From: Strigamia acuminata
Taxonomy: Eukaryota
Assembly: GCA_949358305.1 (NCBI GenBank)
Contig: OX442314.1
Location: 310,001 to 374,000 of the forward strand
Reading direction: 5' to 3'
Length of the DNA stretch: 64,000 nucleotides
Below the pieces are notes generated by a model. That model searched no databases, was not told the DNA's origin, and saw nothing but the letters and a program-made list of their open reading frames with translations. Shown in pieces: positions 1 to 10,749 of the stretch. A program made the position numbers and the translations under genes. Numbering within the stretch: the first letter of the stretch is position 1; each line of letters opens with the position of its first letter.

Positions 1-2
1 TT

Positions 3-2695
3 AATGGTTTATTTCAAGTCAACAGCGTCTCGAATGAAATGAGTGGACCACAGAGGATGAACATAGGAATATCATCATTGGCCCACCCTGATCAATTGCA
101 GAGGTCTTCTGGGCGTTTATCAATGGTCACTTGGCATAGACGGATGGCTCATTTGGGCTACCGCTCCTTAAAAGAACTTTGGAGTAGAGATATGGTAAAG
201 GGGATGCATTTGAAGGATGCCAAGATACCCGAAATATGCGATAAATGCGCATTAGCTAAGAAGATCAGGGCTCCTTTTAAACCCACAAACAATATTACTG
301 CAACTAAACCATTTGAGATGCTGCACGTTGACTTGTGCGGACCCTTTTGTACTGCATCAACATTAGGGAGCAGATATATATTTACGATTGTTGATGACTT
401 TTCAAGAGCGATTTTCACGAGATTTCTGAAGGAGAAATCACAAACTGTAGGTGAATTTGAAAATTTTTTGAAAATGTTTGAAAATAAGTTTGACGGCAAA
501 CTCAAGCGGTTGCGGAGCGACAACGGCACTGAGTTCTTAAATGAGAGATTTAAAACTTTATTGGCAAAACGCAGAGTCCACCATCAGTTAACCGTTCCAT
601 GGACCCCCCAACAAAATGGCGTCGCGGAAAGAGCCAACCGGAAGTTGCTGGACGCGGCGAGGACTCTTTTGTTGGACTCGGGATTACCGACGCATTTCTG
701 GCAAGACGCAGTTGAAACGGCAGGTTATGCGTGCAATAGATCTAAAATGCGGAGATTTGACGTCGAGACACCAATCGAACGGTTGACAGGGCATAAGCCA
801 GATGTAAGCAATATGAGGATCTTCGGATGCGTGGCTTACACGTGGATACCCAAACAAAACCGTTATAAGTTGGAACCAACAGCCCGAAAAGCCATTTTCT
901 TGGGATATCCGTTCCAAGTAGCAGGTTGGAAGTTTTATGATCCAGTTAAGGAGAAATATTTTGTTGCGAGGGACGTCAAATTTAATGAGGAACTGAGGGG
1001 ATCGACGTTGCTCACAACAATTGACCAGCCGCAATTGCAGGTTGATCAAAATTTGGATCAAGAGACACTACATGGGACAAGGCAAGTTCCAGTAGTTTAT
1101 GACGAGGTTCCGACCCAACCAGAGTATAGAATGCCAGCGAGGACGGGTCAAATCGGACCGGAGCGACGTTATCCATTAAGGGCGAGAAGGCCCCCGGACC
1201 GATATGTTCCGTATGACCCGGGGCAAAGATTAAGACAAAGACGAGGTGTACAGACAAGCCCGGATCCAGATGTTTCAAATTTAATAAATGAAGCAAAAAT
1301 TGCTGATGAGAAAGGCATTTTGATACCAAAGACTTATAAGCAAGCCATTGAGTCAGACCAATCAACCCAGTGGCAACGGGCCATGGAGAGGGAGATTCAA
1401 TCTCATGCACAACAACACACCTGGGAGGTCGTGGACCGACCCAAGGACGCCAAAGTGGTCGGATCACGTTGGATTTATTCAGTGAAAACCAACCAACAAG
1501 GACAAGTAACACGCTATAAAGCGCGTTTGGTGGCCCAGGGTTATAACATTTATAAGGGTGTTGATTATGATGAGTTTTTCTCCCCAGTGGTCAGACTTGC
1601 AACAATACGACTTTTGATGGCATTGGCGGTGATGTATCATTTTCGGGTCAAGCATCATGACGTCGAGACTGCTTACCTTCATGCCAAGCTGGGCCAGACT
1701 GTTTATATGGAGTTACCAAAAGGAATGGAAGTTCTTGGTGACAAGGTTTGCCTATTGCAAAAGGCAATATATGGGTTGCCACAGGCAGGCCGTGCCTGGC
1801 ATAAGACATTGGAAGCAGAACTCCTGAAAGTTGGTTTCTTTAAGCATCCCACTGAACAATGCGTTTATATTTACAGACATGGAAAGTCAACCATAATTAT
1901 GGCAACATATGTGGACGATTTATTGACCTTGGATAACAATAGTGAACTATTGGATCAATTAATGGCCAGAATACGACGTCGCATCAAGGTGATAGATTTG
2001 GGCGAGATAAAGAGTTTATTAGGCATAAGAATAAACCAAAATATGAGGAAAAATCAGATCACCTTGGATCAATCCAAATATATCCTGGAGCTGGCAATTA
2101 AGTTTGGTTTGGACCAAGCGAGGACTGTGAAAGTTCCAATGGAAGTGTCACAAAAATTGGATGCTCCGGATTACCCCTTGGGACCATCAGCTGGCGACAA
2201 GCCTTATAGAGAATTGATTGGCGCGTTACTTTACCTTGCTCAGGGCACGCGCCCTGATATCGCGTTTCCGGTGTCTTTTCTCTCACAGTGGCTGAATGAC
2301 CCCAAGGAAGCTCACTGGATTGCTGCGAAGAGGATTCTGCGCTACTTGATTGGGACTGTGAATTATCGTTTGAGGTACAAGAGTTCCAGTCAAGACTTAA
2401 TTGGGTACACGGATTCGTCTTGGAATGCTTGCAATGCCAACGCAAAATCATTTGCGGGATTCATCACTACATTGAATGGAACTGCGGTTACATGGCAAGC
2501 AAAGAAGCAGAGTTTAATCAGCTTATCATCTTGTGAAGCTGAGTTCTCGGGCCTGGTGGAGGTTGCCAAGGAAATAAAGTGGGTCAAAAACGTCCTCGAG
2601 GATTTGAAGTTGACGGTGGAAAGAAGACCCATAGTAATTTACTGTGACAACCAGCCGGCCATTGACTTAACCGAGAATCCGTGTTACCATGCAAG
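3..2695 (+). CDS. Copia A pol, 5'-partial: GAG-pre-integrase, integrase, RT, N-terminal RNase H
   Basis: Open from the window edge (NGLF). Motifs: WHRRMAH..CDKC, HVDLCGP / RSDNGTEF / NGVAERAN (DDE), KARLVAQG, QKAIYGLPQAG, YVDD, YTDSSW, SCEAEF, IYCDNQPA. The listed ORF tail to 2750 is read-through into B's LTR. Confidence 0.93.
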
Positions 2696-3146
2696 TGTTG
2701 GGATTTTGGATCCGTCATATGGTGTGATACGTCGCACCTTTCCGAATTAGTGCGGCAATGGCGCGTGTCTGTTTAGCATTGTGTTATGTCTCGAGGTCGA
2801 GTGTTGATTGTCTTGCAAATTCAATCAACACATGTTTTACGGTGTTATCCAGACTGTCGTCTGCTTGGGTTTTTAGTTTATCTATTAGTTTGCCCCGGTT
2901 TTTATCCAGTGTGAGTACTGGAATTGTATTTAGTTGATGTTTTGTTTGTAAAGAACAAATCAACCACTGTGTGGATGATTTGTTCTACTGTTAGTTGGTT
3001 GGCAGTTAGCCTCTAACCCATGTATCACTTGACCACTTACTGTTTGGCAATAAAGATGGCGGCCTCCATGGTTAGATGGCTTTGCAGAAAGTAAAGATGC
3101 TGTTTTGCTTCCACACATGCACTCACCTACGGTTTATAGATTGACA
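2696..3146 (+). repeat. Copia B 5' LTR
   Basis: TGTTGGG...TTGACA, direct repeat of 8010-8460. Confidence 0.96.
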
Positions 3147-3147
3147 T

Positions 3148-3165
3148 TGGTAGCAGAGGGTGGTT
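3148..3165 (+). promoter_or_regulatory. Primer binding site, tRNA-iMet
   Basis: TGGTAGCAGAGGGTGGTT versus the metazoan iMet 3'-end complement TGGTAGCAGAGGATGGTT (1 mismatch). Confidence 0.9.
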
Positions 3166-4341
3166 TGGTGAGTGCAACGTTGTTTAAACGTTGATTTTCG
3201 GATTCGCGACGAAATTCTGGCCAGGAACGTCTTGTGCGCGTCGACGAGCGGTACCGGAGCGGCGGGCAGCACGAGAGCGACGACATTCCGACCAGACGAG
3301 CGAGTTTCGCGTGCTTCGTAAAGCAGCGAAGTCGACGAATTGCGACCCGAAGCAGCAAAGACGGATTTTGACGATTTCGGTGCCGAAACGGATCGAAATC
3401 ATCGTAGAAGCAGTTGTATAGACTGCAGGAACACTGAGAAGTATTTTTCGAAATTATTTCGGCGTTTTATAAGCCATTTTTCTCATTTTGATTCGCATGA
3501 TGACGCGTCATTCCAAAATGGCGGCGCCCAGTGCGACGAGTGTTTGAGGCCGTACTCGAGTTGTTTTCGAGCCAACGAGTGGATCCCGACGTTGGAATTG
3601 ACGACGTGGGACCAGAACCAGACCCCAGGAGTCGATTGGAAGTGGTTTCAAGTCGATTTGGACAGTTTTTGGGCGAAAACGAAGCGTTTTTCGTCGGCGG
3701 CGATCGAGACAGATTTCCGCAACGTATTGGAGACGTCGCTCGCCTATTCCGAGCTGGATACGAACGTCCAACGTTCGTACAACACGAAGAGAAGTCGTAC
3801 GAGTCGATTAGGATCGACATTGTCACGTTTTGGACGCGTTTCGTGCGACGAGCCGAAACGCATCGCGAATTTGCACGTGAAGTGTATTCGCGCATCGGAG
3901 GGACCGGTTAAGCCTCGTGCCAGGTGCACGAGTGAAAGACAACGGATTTCAGCAGTGAAGACAACACGGAAGTCATCTTCACATCGATTATTGTGTTTGA
4001 TAATTTATTTGGGTCGAAATTACCTTTGTATAGAATTTAAGGTTTTGTTTTGGGGTCATTTAGACTGTTTTCCGCCCTTTACGCAGTCGCGTAGCGGAAT
4101 CCTATTTCCACACAGGCTATTTCTGGCCACCAAGTGTCCCGCGGGCCCAGGTGCACCGGTCGGAACTTGGGAAATACTGTGTCGGAGTTTTTCATCTCAC
4201 TTAGTGAGATTAGTCCAGGGTGGATTGTTATTGTTTCTCCTTCATTTTGGTTGGGGAAAATTGTGTTTTTGCCAAGTGAAAGTGTTTATTTAGTGATTTG
4301 TGTGTGTTTGTGCTACGGTTTGGTCCAACATATTGGCAAAA

Positions 4342-7300
4342 ATGGCCCACGGAAAGGATGAATTCATGAAACTATTTGGGCCGTCGATTAAAATGCTCGA
4401 CGGAACTAACTATGAAGCTTGGAGCGTGCAGGCTCGGCTTATATTGCAACGAGAAGGGACGTGGACGCACGTCACCGGAAAGGAGCCGGCGTTGGAGCCC
4501 ACAGCCACGGCAAAGGAGATAAGAGAATATAACATTAGAGAAAATAAGGCGCTATCCACTATTTGTTTGAGCTGCAACGAGGCGCAGCAGCTTGTGGCAA
4601 CGGCGCATACCACAGCTAAAGAGTGCTGGGATGCACTGCAGGCTGCTTACCAGCCTGCTACGAGGGCCAGGAAAGCCCGACTCCGACGCGATTTCCTCCA
4701 AATGCGGCTTGGAGCGAATGAACAAATGGTAGTTTTTATTTCCCGCGTTAACCGAGCAGCAGCGGACCTGAAAAACGTTAAAGTCACTGTCTCTGACGAG
4801 GATATTGCGTTTCAATACCTCGATTTTCTCGGCGCGGAGTATGAAAACCTTAAGCAGGCGGTGTACCACTGGGAGGAAACTGAGTTTACGACTAAGAACG
4901 TTAGTGAGAGACTTTTAAGCGAGTACGACCGCATTCATCAGCAGAGCACTGCTTATGGCGCAGAACCAACGGGTTCAGGTGCGTTTGCAACTGGCAAACA
5001 GCAACAGCAATGGTCAACGGCGCCAAGGAATGCTAATTTCAAACCAGGGACCTGCTACGGCTGTGGAGGTACTGGACACTTTGCCCGCGACTGCCCGTCG
5101 CCCAAACCCCAAGGAGGTGCGCAAACAGACTTTAGCCAGCGCAGGGCACGGGGCAGAGGCAGAGCTCGGGGTCGTGGCAGGAAAGCCAACCTGACCGAGG
5201 CATCGGGGGAGAATCCAATTCTATTCTACGTGTCGATGGACGAAAGTCAAAGGCAAAATAATTTGCCATTACGCTCATACGTGACGAGCGGAGCGCCCGA
5301 TCCCGCCTGGTATGTTGATACCGGGGCGACGGATCACTTTACTTTCAGCAAAGATGGGCTCATCAATTATAGGCCTTTAACGAACATTAACGTTCATTTA
5401 GGGGAAGGGTCCTCTAAAATAGCAGGAGTGGGGGACTTAAGATTAGATTCAGGTGAAAAAGTGCCTGGCGGGTTTGTTACATTGAAGAATGTATATTATG
5501 CCCCGAATTTTGTGAGGAATTTAATGAGTCTAGGCAGAATTGATGAGGCCGGGTATGTAACCCGCATTGCTGAAGGAAAGTTGGTCTCCTTCAAAAACAG
5601 GATTACGCAGCCGATTTTACGAGCAACGCGGCAAAGCGACAGAATGTATAAAACTAATTGTAGAGTGATTTTACCAAATGTGAACGCAAGTGCAATTCCT
5701 GCGCAACAGGATGCGCTTGCGGCAGATAACCAGAGCACTGGTGGAAATGTACAGTTACTAACCCATACTAGTCATAAGAGCGAATTAACCAAACCCGAAA
5801 CCAGCGTTAATAATAACGAAAATGGCGATTTGCGCAATCATAGCGACGTTTTGCAGTCTGGCGCAAACAAAAAGAGTTTGAGTGAGAGGGGGTTGTTGGT
5901 TAACAATGTTAGTAATGGGAACGGTGGTCGACAACAGCAAGAAATGGCTGGACAACGAGTCTACAACGACAAGCCATTAGACATGGAGTTTTGGCATGGG
6001 AGATTCGGCCATTTGAACACGAATGGGATCGTGTCAATGTCGAGATCCACCGACATATGTGGAGTTAAGCTAGCCAATAAAGATATGGGCAAGTGTGAGC
6101 ACTGTATTAGGGGAAAGCTCACTAGAGCTAGCTTCACCCCGATAGGGGAGATTTCCACAAGTGGACCTTTAGAGCTAGTCCACATGGATGTTTGGGGCTC
6201 CTCGCAGGTGAACTCGTTAGGCGGGGGCCGCTACTATTTAATTATTATTGACGACTATTCACGTTATATGTGGATTCGAATAATGAAAAGAAAGGGCGAT
6301 GTATTAGCACATTTTGAGCCCTGGCAGCGGGAAATCGAGAGAATGACATCACGGAAAGTTAAGCGCATACGAACGGACAACGGAGGGGAATTCACGTCAA
6401 AGGCGTGGGACATATATGCCCAGAAGGAAGGCATCAAATGCGAAAGAACCAATCCCTATTCCCCAGAGTCCAATTCGGTGGCTGAAAGAGCCAACCGAAC
6501 GATACTAGAAGGTGCACGAGCAATGATGCTGGAAAATGAGTTTCCGAGTTATTTATGGGCGGAATTAGTCTGCACTATAGTGTACCTGAAAAATAGGTTC
6601 CCCCATCCCAAGTTAAATTCCAAAGCCCCGTATAATGTGTTTTGGGGCAAGAAGCTGTCCGTGAGACACTTGCGTTGCATAGGCTCGAAGACCTATGTAC
6701 ACATCCCGGCCCAAGTTAGACAAGGCAAATTACAAGAAAGGGCATGGGCTGGGGCCCTTGTAGGATATGGTACTAATACCACGGGTTACCGGATCTGGGA
6801 CCATAGAAATAGGCGTGTCGTCAGTTCAAAACACGTCAAAATTATTGAGGAAGAATATTGGAACGATAAAGTCTATAATGAGGAGGTGTTTAAGAAATCA
6901 GAGGGGGTAGGAACGGAATGGAATGGAGATTTCATATACACCGCGCAAGACGGTTTTGAGTCGGACGAGGAGAGTGTGGTGGCGACACCACCTCCGTCAC
7001 CCCCGAGGGCAGTTAAAGTGCCCCCACCAGCGGCTAAACTCGAGCCGGTGAAAGAAATGGTGCAACAGGCACCCAAAGTGGAACCTGCCCAGCAGGTAGC
7101 GCAAGAAATTGCGCAGCGAGCACCTGTTCAACAGGTAGAGAGAGAAGCCCCTATTGGAGGGGTCTTACCGACAAAACCGGCGAAACCGCCATTACCCACG
7201 ACCCCCAAACCCACATTGAGGCCGAGAACGGCAGAAGCGCCTGCAGAGCAGAGCCCGACACAGTCGGAAGATGAAGAAGAGTATGAGCAGGCCGTACGGG

Positions 7301-7929
7301 TTACTAAGAACATTAGAGGGGGCCCGGGGGATGTTGGGGGACAACGGCTGTTGCCCCTGAATATTGATGAGTGGCAAAGATTTGAGTATACGAGGAAGTC
7401 AGGTCGTGATAAAGGAAGACCGTGTACATCGTACGTGGCACCAGACAAGACTAGATTAAGGAGCAGGATTGAAATCCTAGCTTGGTGCGAAAATAACGGC
7501 TTTGAGTACGATGCGAGCTTGTTCGAGTTTACGTCATTAAAGGACGAGCCTGAAAACCCATTCGCATTGTGTACATGTTCATGTTGCACTCCTTTCTCAT
7601 TGTGCTGCATGATAAGGCCTGATACTGATAAGGATGTTGCACAAGTTGAGAGAAGTAATGAATGGGAAGGGATAATGAAGAAAATCAAAGCGTTGACTGA
7701 AGAGGGAGTTCATTGTGGCAAAAGAAATGAATGGAAAAGATTAATACGTTTACGAAAGGGAGCGTCCGTTATGCGGTCGGAGGAATGCCAGACCGCAGAT
7801 TATTGGATTACAAATGGTGATATCAAACATGTTATGGGAGAGAATAACGTGGCGGACTTGCTGACCAAATGGCTGGCACGTCCACGTCTTGTGACCCTTG
7901 GCAATAGTATTTTCGGGGCGCGACGATAA
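4342..7929 (+). CDS. Copia B polyprotein: Gag, CCHC knuckle, protease, integrase, Pro-rich linker, MBD, vestigial RT start fused to RNase H tail
   Basis: First ATG at 4342. Motifs: LDGTNYEAWS (gag), CYGCGGTGHFARDC, WYVDTGAT, WHGRFGH..CEHC, HMDVWG / RTDNGGEF / VAERAN, MBD at 7351-7530, terminal ENNVADLLTK. No KARLVA, LYGL or YVDD. Confidence 0.92.
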   Translation: MAHGKDEFMKLFGPSIKMLDGTNYEAWSVQARLILQREGTWTHVTGKEPALEPTATAKEIREYNIRENKALSTICLSCNEAQQLVATAHTTAKECWDALQAAYQPATRARKARLRRDFLQMRLGANEQMVVFISRVNRAAADLKNVKVTVSDEDIAFQYLDFLGAEYENLKQAVYHWEETEFTTKNVSERLLSEYDRIHQQSTAYGAEPTGSGAFATGKQQQQWSTAPRNANFKPGTCYGCGGTGHFARDCPSPKPQGGAQTDFSQRRARGRGRARGRGRKANLTEASGENPILFYVSMDESQRQNNLPLRSYVTSGAPDPAWYVDTGATDHFTFSKDGLINYRPLTNINVHLGEGSSKIAGVGDLRLDSGEKVPGGFVTLKNVYYAPNFVRNLMSLGRIDEAGYVTRIAEGKLVSFKNRITQPILRATRQSDRMYKTNCRVILPNVNASAIPAQQDALAADNQSTGGNVQLLTHTSHKSELTKPETSVNNNENGDLRNHSDVLQSGANKKSLSERGLLVNNVSNGNGGRQQQEMAGQRVYNDKPLDMEFWHGRFGHLNTNGIVSMSRSTDICGVKLANKDMGKCEHCIRGKLTRASFTPIGEISTSGPLELVHMDVWGSSQVNSLGGGRYYLIIIDDYSRYMWIRIMKRKGDVLAHFEPWQREIERMTSRKVKRIRTDNGGEFTSKAWDIYAQKEGIKCERTNPYSPESNSVAERANRTILEGARAMMLENEFPSYLWAELVCTIVYLKNRFPHPKLNSKAPYNVFWGKKLSVRHLRCIGSKTYVHIPAQVRQGKLQERAWAGALVGYGTNTTGYRIWDHRNRRVVSSKHVKIIEEEYWNDKVYNEEVFKKSEGVGTEWNGDFIYTAQDGFESDEESVVATPPPSPPRAVKVPPPAAKLEPVKEMVQQAPKVEPAQQVAQEIAQRAPVQQVEREAPIGGVLPTKPAKPPLPTTPKPTLRPRTAEAPAEQSPTQSEDEEEYEQAVRVTKNIRGGPGDVGGQRLLPLNIDEWQRFEYTRKSGRDKGRPCTSYVAPDKTRLRSRIEILAWCENNGFEYDASLFEFTSLKDEPENPFALCTCSCCTPFSLCCMIRPDTDKDVAQVERSNEWEGIMKKIKALTEEGVHCGKRNEWKRLIRLRKGASVMRSEECQTADYWITNGDIKHVMGENNVADLLTKWLARPRLVTLGNSIFGARR
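7351..7530 (+). other. Methyl-CpG-binding domain (MBD) within the Copia B polyprotein
   Basis: LPLNIDEWQRFEYTRKSGRDKGRPCTSYVAPDKTRLRSRIEILAWCENNGFEYDASLFEF aligns with the MBD2-type pattern LPxGW..E.V.RKSG...GK.DVYY.SP.GKKFRSK.QL..YL....D...FDF. Confidence 0.85.
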
Positions 7930-8009
7930 TGTCGTGCAGTGAGGGGGTCGTGAGCGTTACGGGTTGTTCTGTTATCCGTGTTAGCCCATATGCGGATCAG
8001 AGGGGGCAT

Positions 8010-8460
8010 TGTTGGGATTTTGGATCCGTCATATGGTGTGATACGTCGCACCTTTCCGAATTAGTGCGGCAATGGCGCGTGTCTGTTTAGCATTGTGTTA
8101 TGTCTCGAGGTCGAGTGTTGATTGTCTTGCAAATTCAATCAACACATGTTTTACGGTGTTATCCAGACTGTCGTCTGCTTGGGTTTTTAGTTTATCTATT
8201 AGTTTGCCCCGGTTTTTATCCAGTGTGAGTACTGGAATTGTATTTAGTTGATGTTTTGTTTGTAAAGAACAAATCAACCACTGTGTGGATGATTTGTTCT
8301 ACTGTTAGTTGGTTGGCAGTTAGCCTCTAACCCATGTATCACTTGACCACTTACTGTTTGGCAATAAAGATGGCGGCCTCCATGGTTAGATGGCTTTGCA
8401 GAAAGTAAAGATGCTGTTTTGCTTCCACACATGCACTCACCTACGGTTTATAGATTGACA
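8010..8460 (+). repeat. Copia B 3' LTR
   Basis: Preceded by PPT AGAGGGGGCA (7999-8008); direct repeat of 2696-3146. Confidence 0.96.
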
Positions 8461-8649
8461 GCAAGAACAAAGCACTTTAATAGGAGAGTTGCTTTTATTA
8501 GACAAGATGTAAATGAGGGAATTTACAATGTGATTTATTTGCCAACTGACCGGATGCTCGCAGACATGATGACCAAGGCGGTTTCTGAAACGAAGTTAAA
8601 GCAAGCTTGTGAAGCAGTTGGATTAGTTAATGTTTTGGATGAAAACTAA
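8461..8649 (+). CDS. Copia A pol C-terminus (RNase H end), separated by insertion B
   Basis: ARTKHFNRRVAFIRQ...MLADMMTKA continues the frame broken at 2695. Confidence 0.9.
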   Translation, partial: ARTKHFNRRVAFIRQDVNEGIYNVIYLPTDRMLADMMTKAVSETKLKQACEAVGLVNVLDEN

Positions 8650-8820
8650 TTGTAAATTTCATATGAATGTATTAAGTATTTAATATGGGCGAGTGTTAGA
8701 GTTATTTCGGTTTTACAATAAGTTGTTGTAATGAATGATTGCATTGTATGCAATCATGAATGAATTGTAAGAACAACAATAAATTGATGAGTGATTGTTA
8801 TGATGTTATGAATGAAAAGA

Positions 8821-10749
8821 CGGGTAGGGTCATTTCCTCGAATCCCGTTTCCTCGAATTCTTTTTTTTTTGCGTTTTTTGAAATCTGCGAAAACGGGGCT
8901 CGTTTCATCGAATTATAAATAATGCGGTACGTTTCATCGAATTTTCGGCATGCTATGTACGTCGTCGATACGTGCGTTCTAGGCTGTCAGACGTGCGTTC
9001 TACGGGCAATTGTTGTATATATAACACTGCAGTAAATCATTTCTAATTCAGTTTGCTACAGACGCCCAACAATTTCTACTAATAACAATGGCCATCGAAA
9101 TGGGTGAGACAATCCGAAGAAAACCTGCTCTGTGCTTTCGAGGTTTTGTTTACATCATAGACGTGAAGAAGCCCGATCGCATCTATTGGAAATGCGAAAA
9201 TTATTATAAGCCTTGTGGCGGACGAATAACCACTAATTCGAATGTATTGCGACCGGAAAGGATTGGTGATCCGACTGCACACACCCACGAAGCCGATGCC
9301 TCTCGTAAGGATGTCATCAGACTGAAGCAAACTCTGAAAAACCGCGCTGTTTTAACGAAGGAGAAGCCTTGCCAGATGATAGAATCCACTTTAGCCCGTG
9401 AGAGTCAGGCTGTGCGCTTGGCTGTGCCTAGTAACCGCGCACTAACACAGACGATTAAGCGATCGAGACGAGGACTACTGCCCAAAGACCCAAAGAAATT
9501 GGCGCATTTGGATTACATGTGGGACTCAATTAGGCCATTCACTGATACGCTTGAGGGCCACCGGTTTATGTATACCTTGGTCACAAATTGTGGCTCAAAA
9601 ATACTGATGTTTACGACTCGTACCAATTTACGCCATCTTAGTAGGGCTGTAAGTCTTTTGGCAGATGGGACTTTTCGGACCGTGCCTGATTTATTCGAGC
9701 AGTTATACACTATCCACTGTGAAGTCGGAAATGTTCCAGCTACGAGAAGAATATTACCGATGGTTTATTGTCTCATGGAGCACAAAATCAAAGCGGGTTA
9801 TGTCATGATATTCGAGAAAGTTCGTAGTTTGATAAGGGAGATGTTCGGAGTAAATTTTCTGCCAGATTTTTTTATTAGCGACTTTGAAGTAGGTGCGCTG
9901 AACGCAGCGAAGGAGGTTTTCCCGCAAAGTGCCCGCCATGGCTGTTATTTCCACCTGGCACAGATTGTTTTCCGCCGAGTACAGCAAGAGCACCTACGAA
10001 ACGAATACTTAAACAATGATGAGTTCAACTTACTGGTACGACAATTGCCTGCCTTATCGTTTTTACCAGCGTTTCAGGTTGTAGAAACATATGCGTTACT
10101 CAAACCGTTATTTGGTCCCGGCACAGAGGGTTTACTAAAGTGGTGGGAGAAGAATTATGTCCTTGGGAAGTTGCGCCAAAATGGTGTGCGAACTCCTCCC
10201 AAATTTCCACCCGAATTGTGGAGCTGTTATGCAGTTTATCAAGCTGGCCAACCCAGAACCACCAATCCTGTAGAGTCTTGGCATTTTCGTTTCAACACGC
10301 TGGTCGGCAATAAGCACATCGGATTTTTCCGAATGTTGGAAACTCTGCAGCGCCGACAGGCAGATACAGATACAACCTTTGAAAAGATTTTACGAGGCGA
10401 CCCAAAACCACCAAGTAAAAAAGAAGTTTTGCGCCGCGAGATGCGAATAATCAACTTGATGATTGAGCGCCGGAATATGGATCCCATAGATTTCATCCGA
10501 GGTATAGCACACAACTTCAAACAATAATTGTAATTGTAATAAAGAAAACATTGTTTTTTGATATTTACTTGTTTTATTTTTTGGTTTTTGGTAAATTTTC
10601 GGTGTTTAATTTTTTTTTATTGGAATTTTTTTTTTGGATTTTTTTTTCTTTCTTTGTACCGTTTCATCGAAACTTTTACAAAAACGGTACGTTTCCTCGA
10701 AAAAAAACGGGATTCGAGGAAACGGGATTCGAGGAAATGACCCGACTTC
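8821..10749 (+). mobile_element. Mutator-like DNA transposon (MULE), apparently autonomous
   Basis: 9-bp TSD ATGAAAAGA at 8812-8820 and 10750-10758. TIRs GGGTCATTTCCTCGAATCCCGTTTCCTCGAA with subterminal GTTTC(A/C)TCGAA repeats. Confidence 0.93.
9088..10527 (+). CDS. FLYWCH + MULE DDE transposase (479 aa)
   Basis: FVY..YWKC..C..HTH zinc finger; ADGTF, SDFE, GCYFHLAQ (CxxH), RTTNPVESWH. Confidence 0.93.
   Translation: MAIEMGETIRRKPALCFRGFVYIIDVKKPDRIYWKCENYYKPCGGRITTNSNVLRPERIGDPTAHTHEADASRKDVIRLKQTLKNRAVLTKEKPCQMIESTLARESQAVRLAVPSNRALTQTIKRSRRGLLPKDPKKLAHLDYMWDSIRPFTDTLEGHRFMYTLVTNCGSKILMFTTRTNLRHLSRAVSLLADGTFRTVPDLFEQLYTIHCEVGNVPATRRILPMVYCLMEHKIKAGYVMIFEKVRSLIREMFGVNFLPDFFISDFEVGALNAAKEVFPQSARHGCYFHLAQIVFRRVQQEHLRNEYLNNDEFNLLVRQLPALSFLPAFQVVETYALLKPLFGPGTEGLLKWWEKNYVLGKLRQNGVRTPPKFPPELWSCYAVYQAGQPRTTNPVESWHFRFNTLVGNKHIGFFRMLETLQRRQADTDTTFEKILRGDPKPPSKKEVLRREMRIINLMIERRNMDPIDFIRGIAHNFKQ

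Larger units (their letters stand above)
2696..8460 (+). mobile_element. Copia LTR retrotransposon B carrying an MBD (CopiaMBD-like), RT-deleted and non-autonomous
   Basis: 451-bp TG...CA LTRs at 2696-3146 and 8010-8460, identical by eye. 5-bp TSD GCAAG at 2691-2695 and 8461-8465. PBS and PPT present. Confidence 0.95.

Noticed and set aside
2696..2750. C-terminus of the 903-aa ORF (SVGILDPS...)
   Set aside because: Read-through into Copia B's LTR; the true continuation is at 8461.
3340..4293. 317-aa ORF upstream of Copia B gag
   Set aside because: No ATG start and no recognisable domain; the CpG-rich leader leaves several frames open on both strands.
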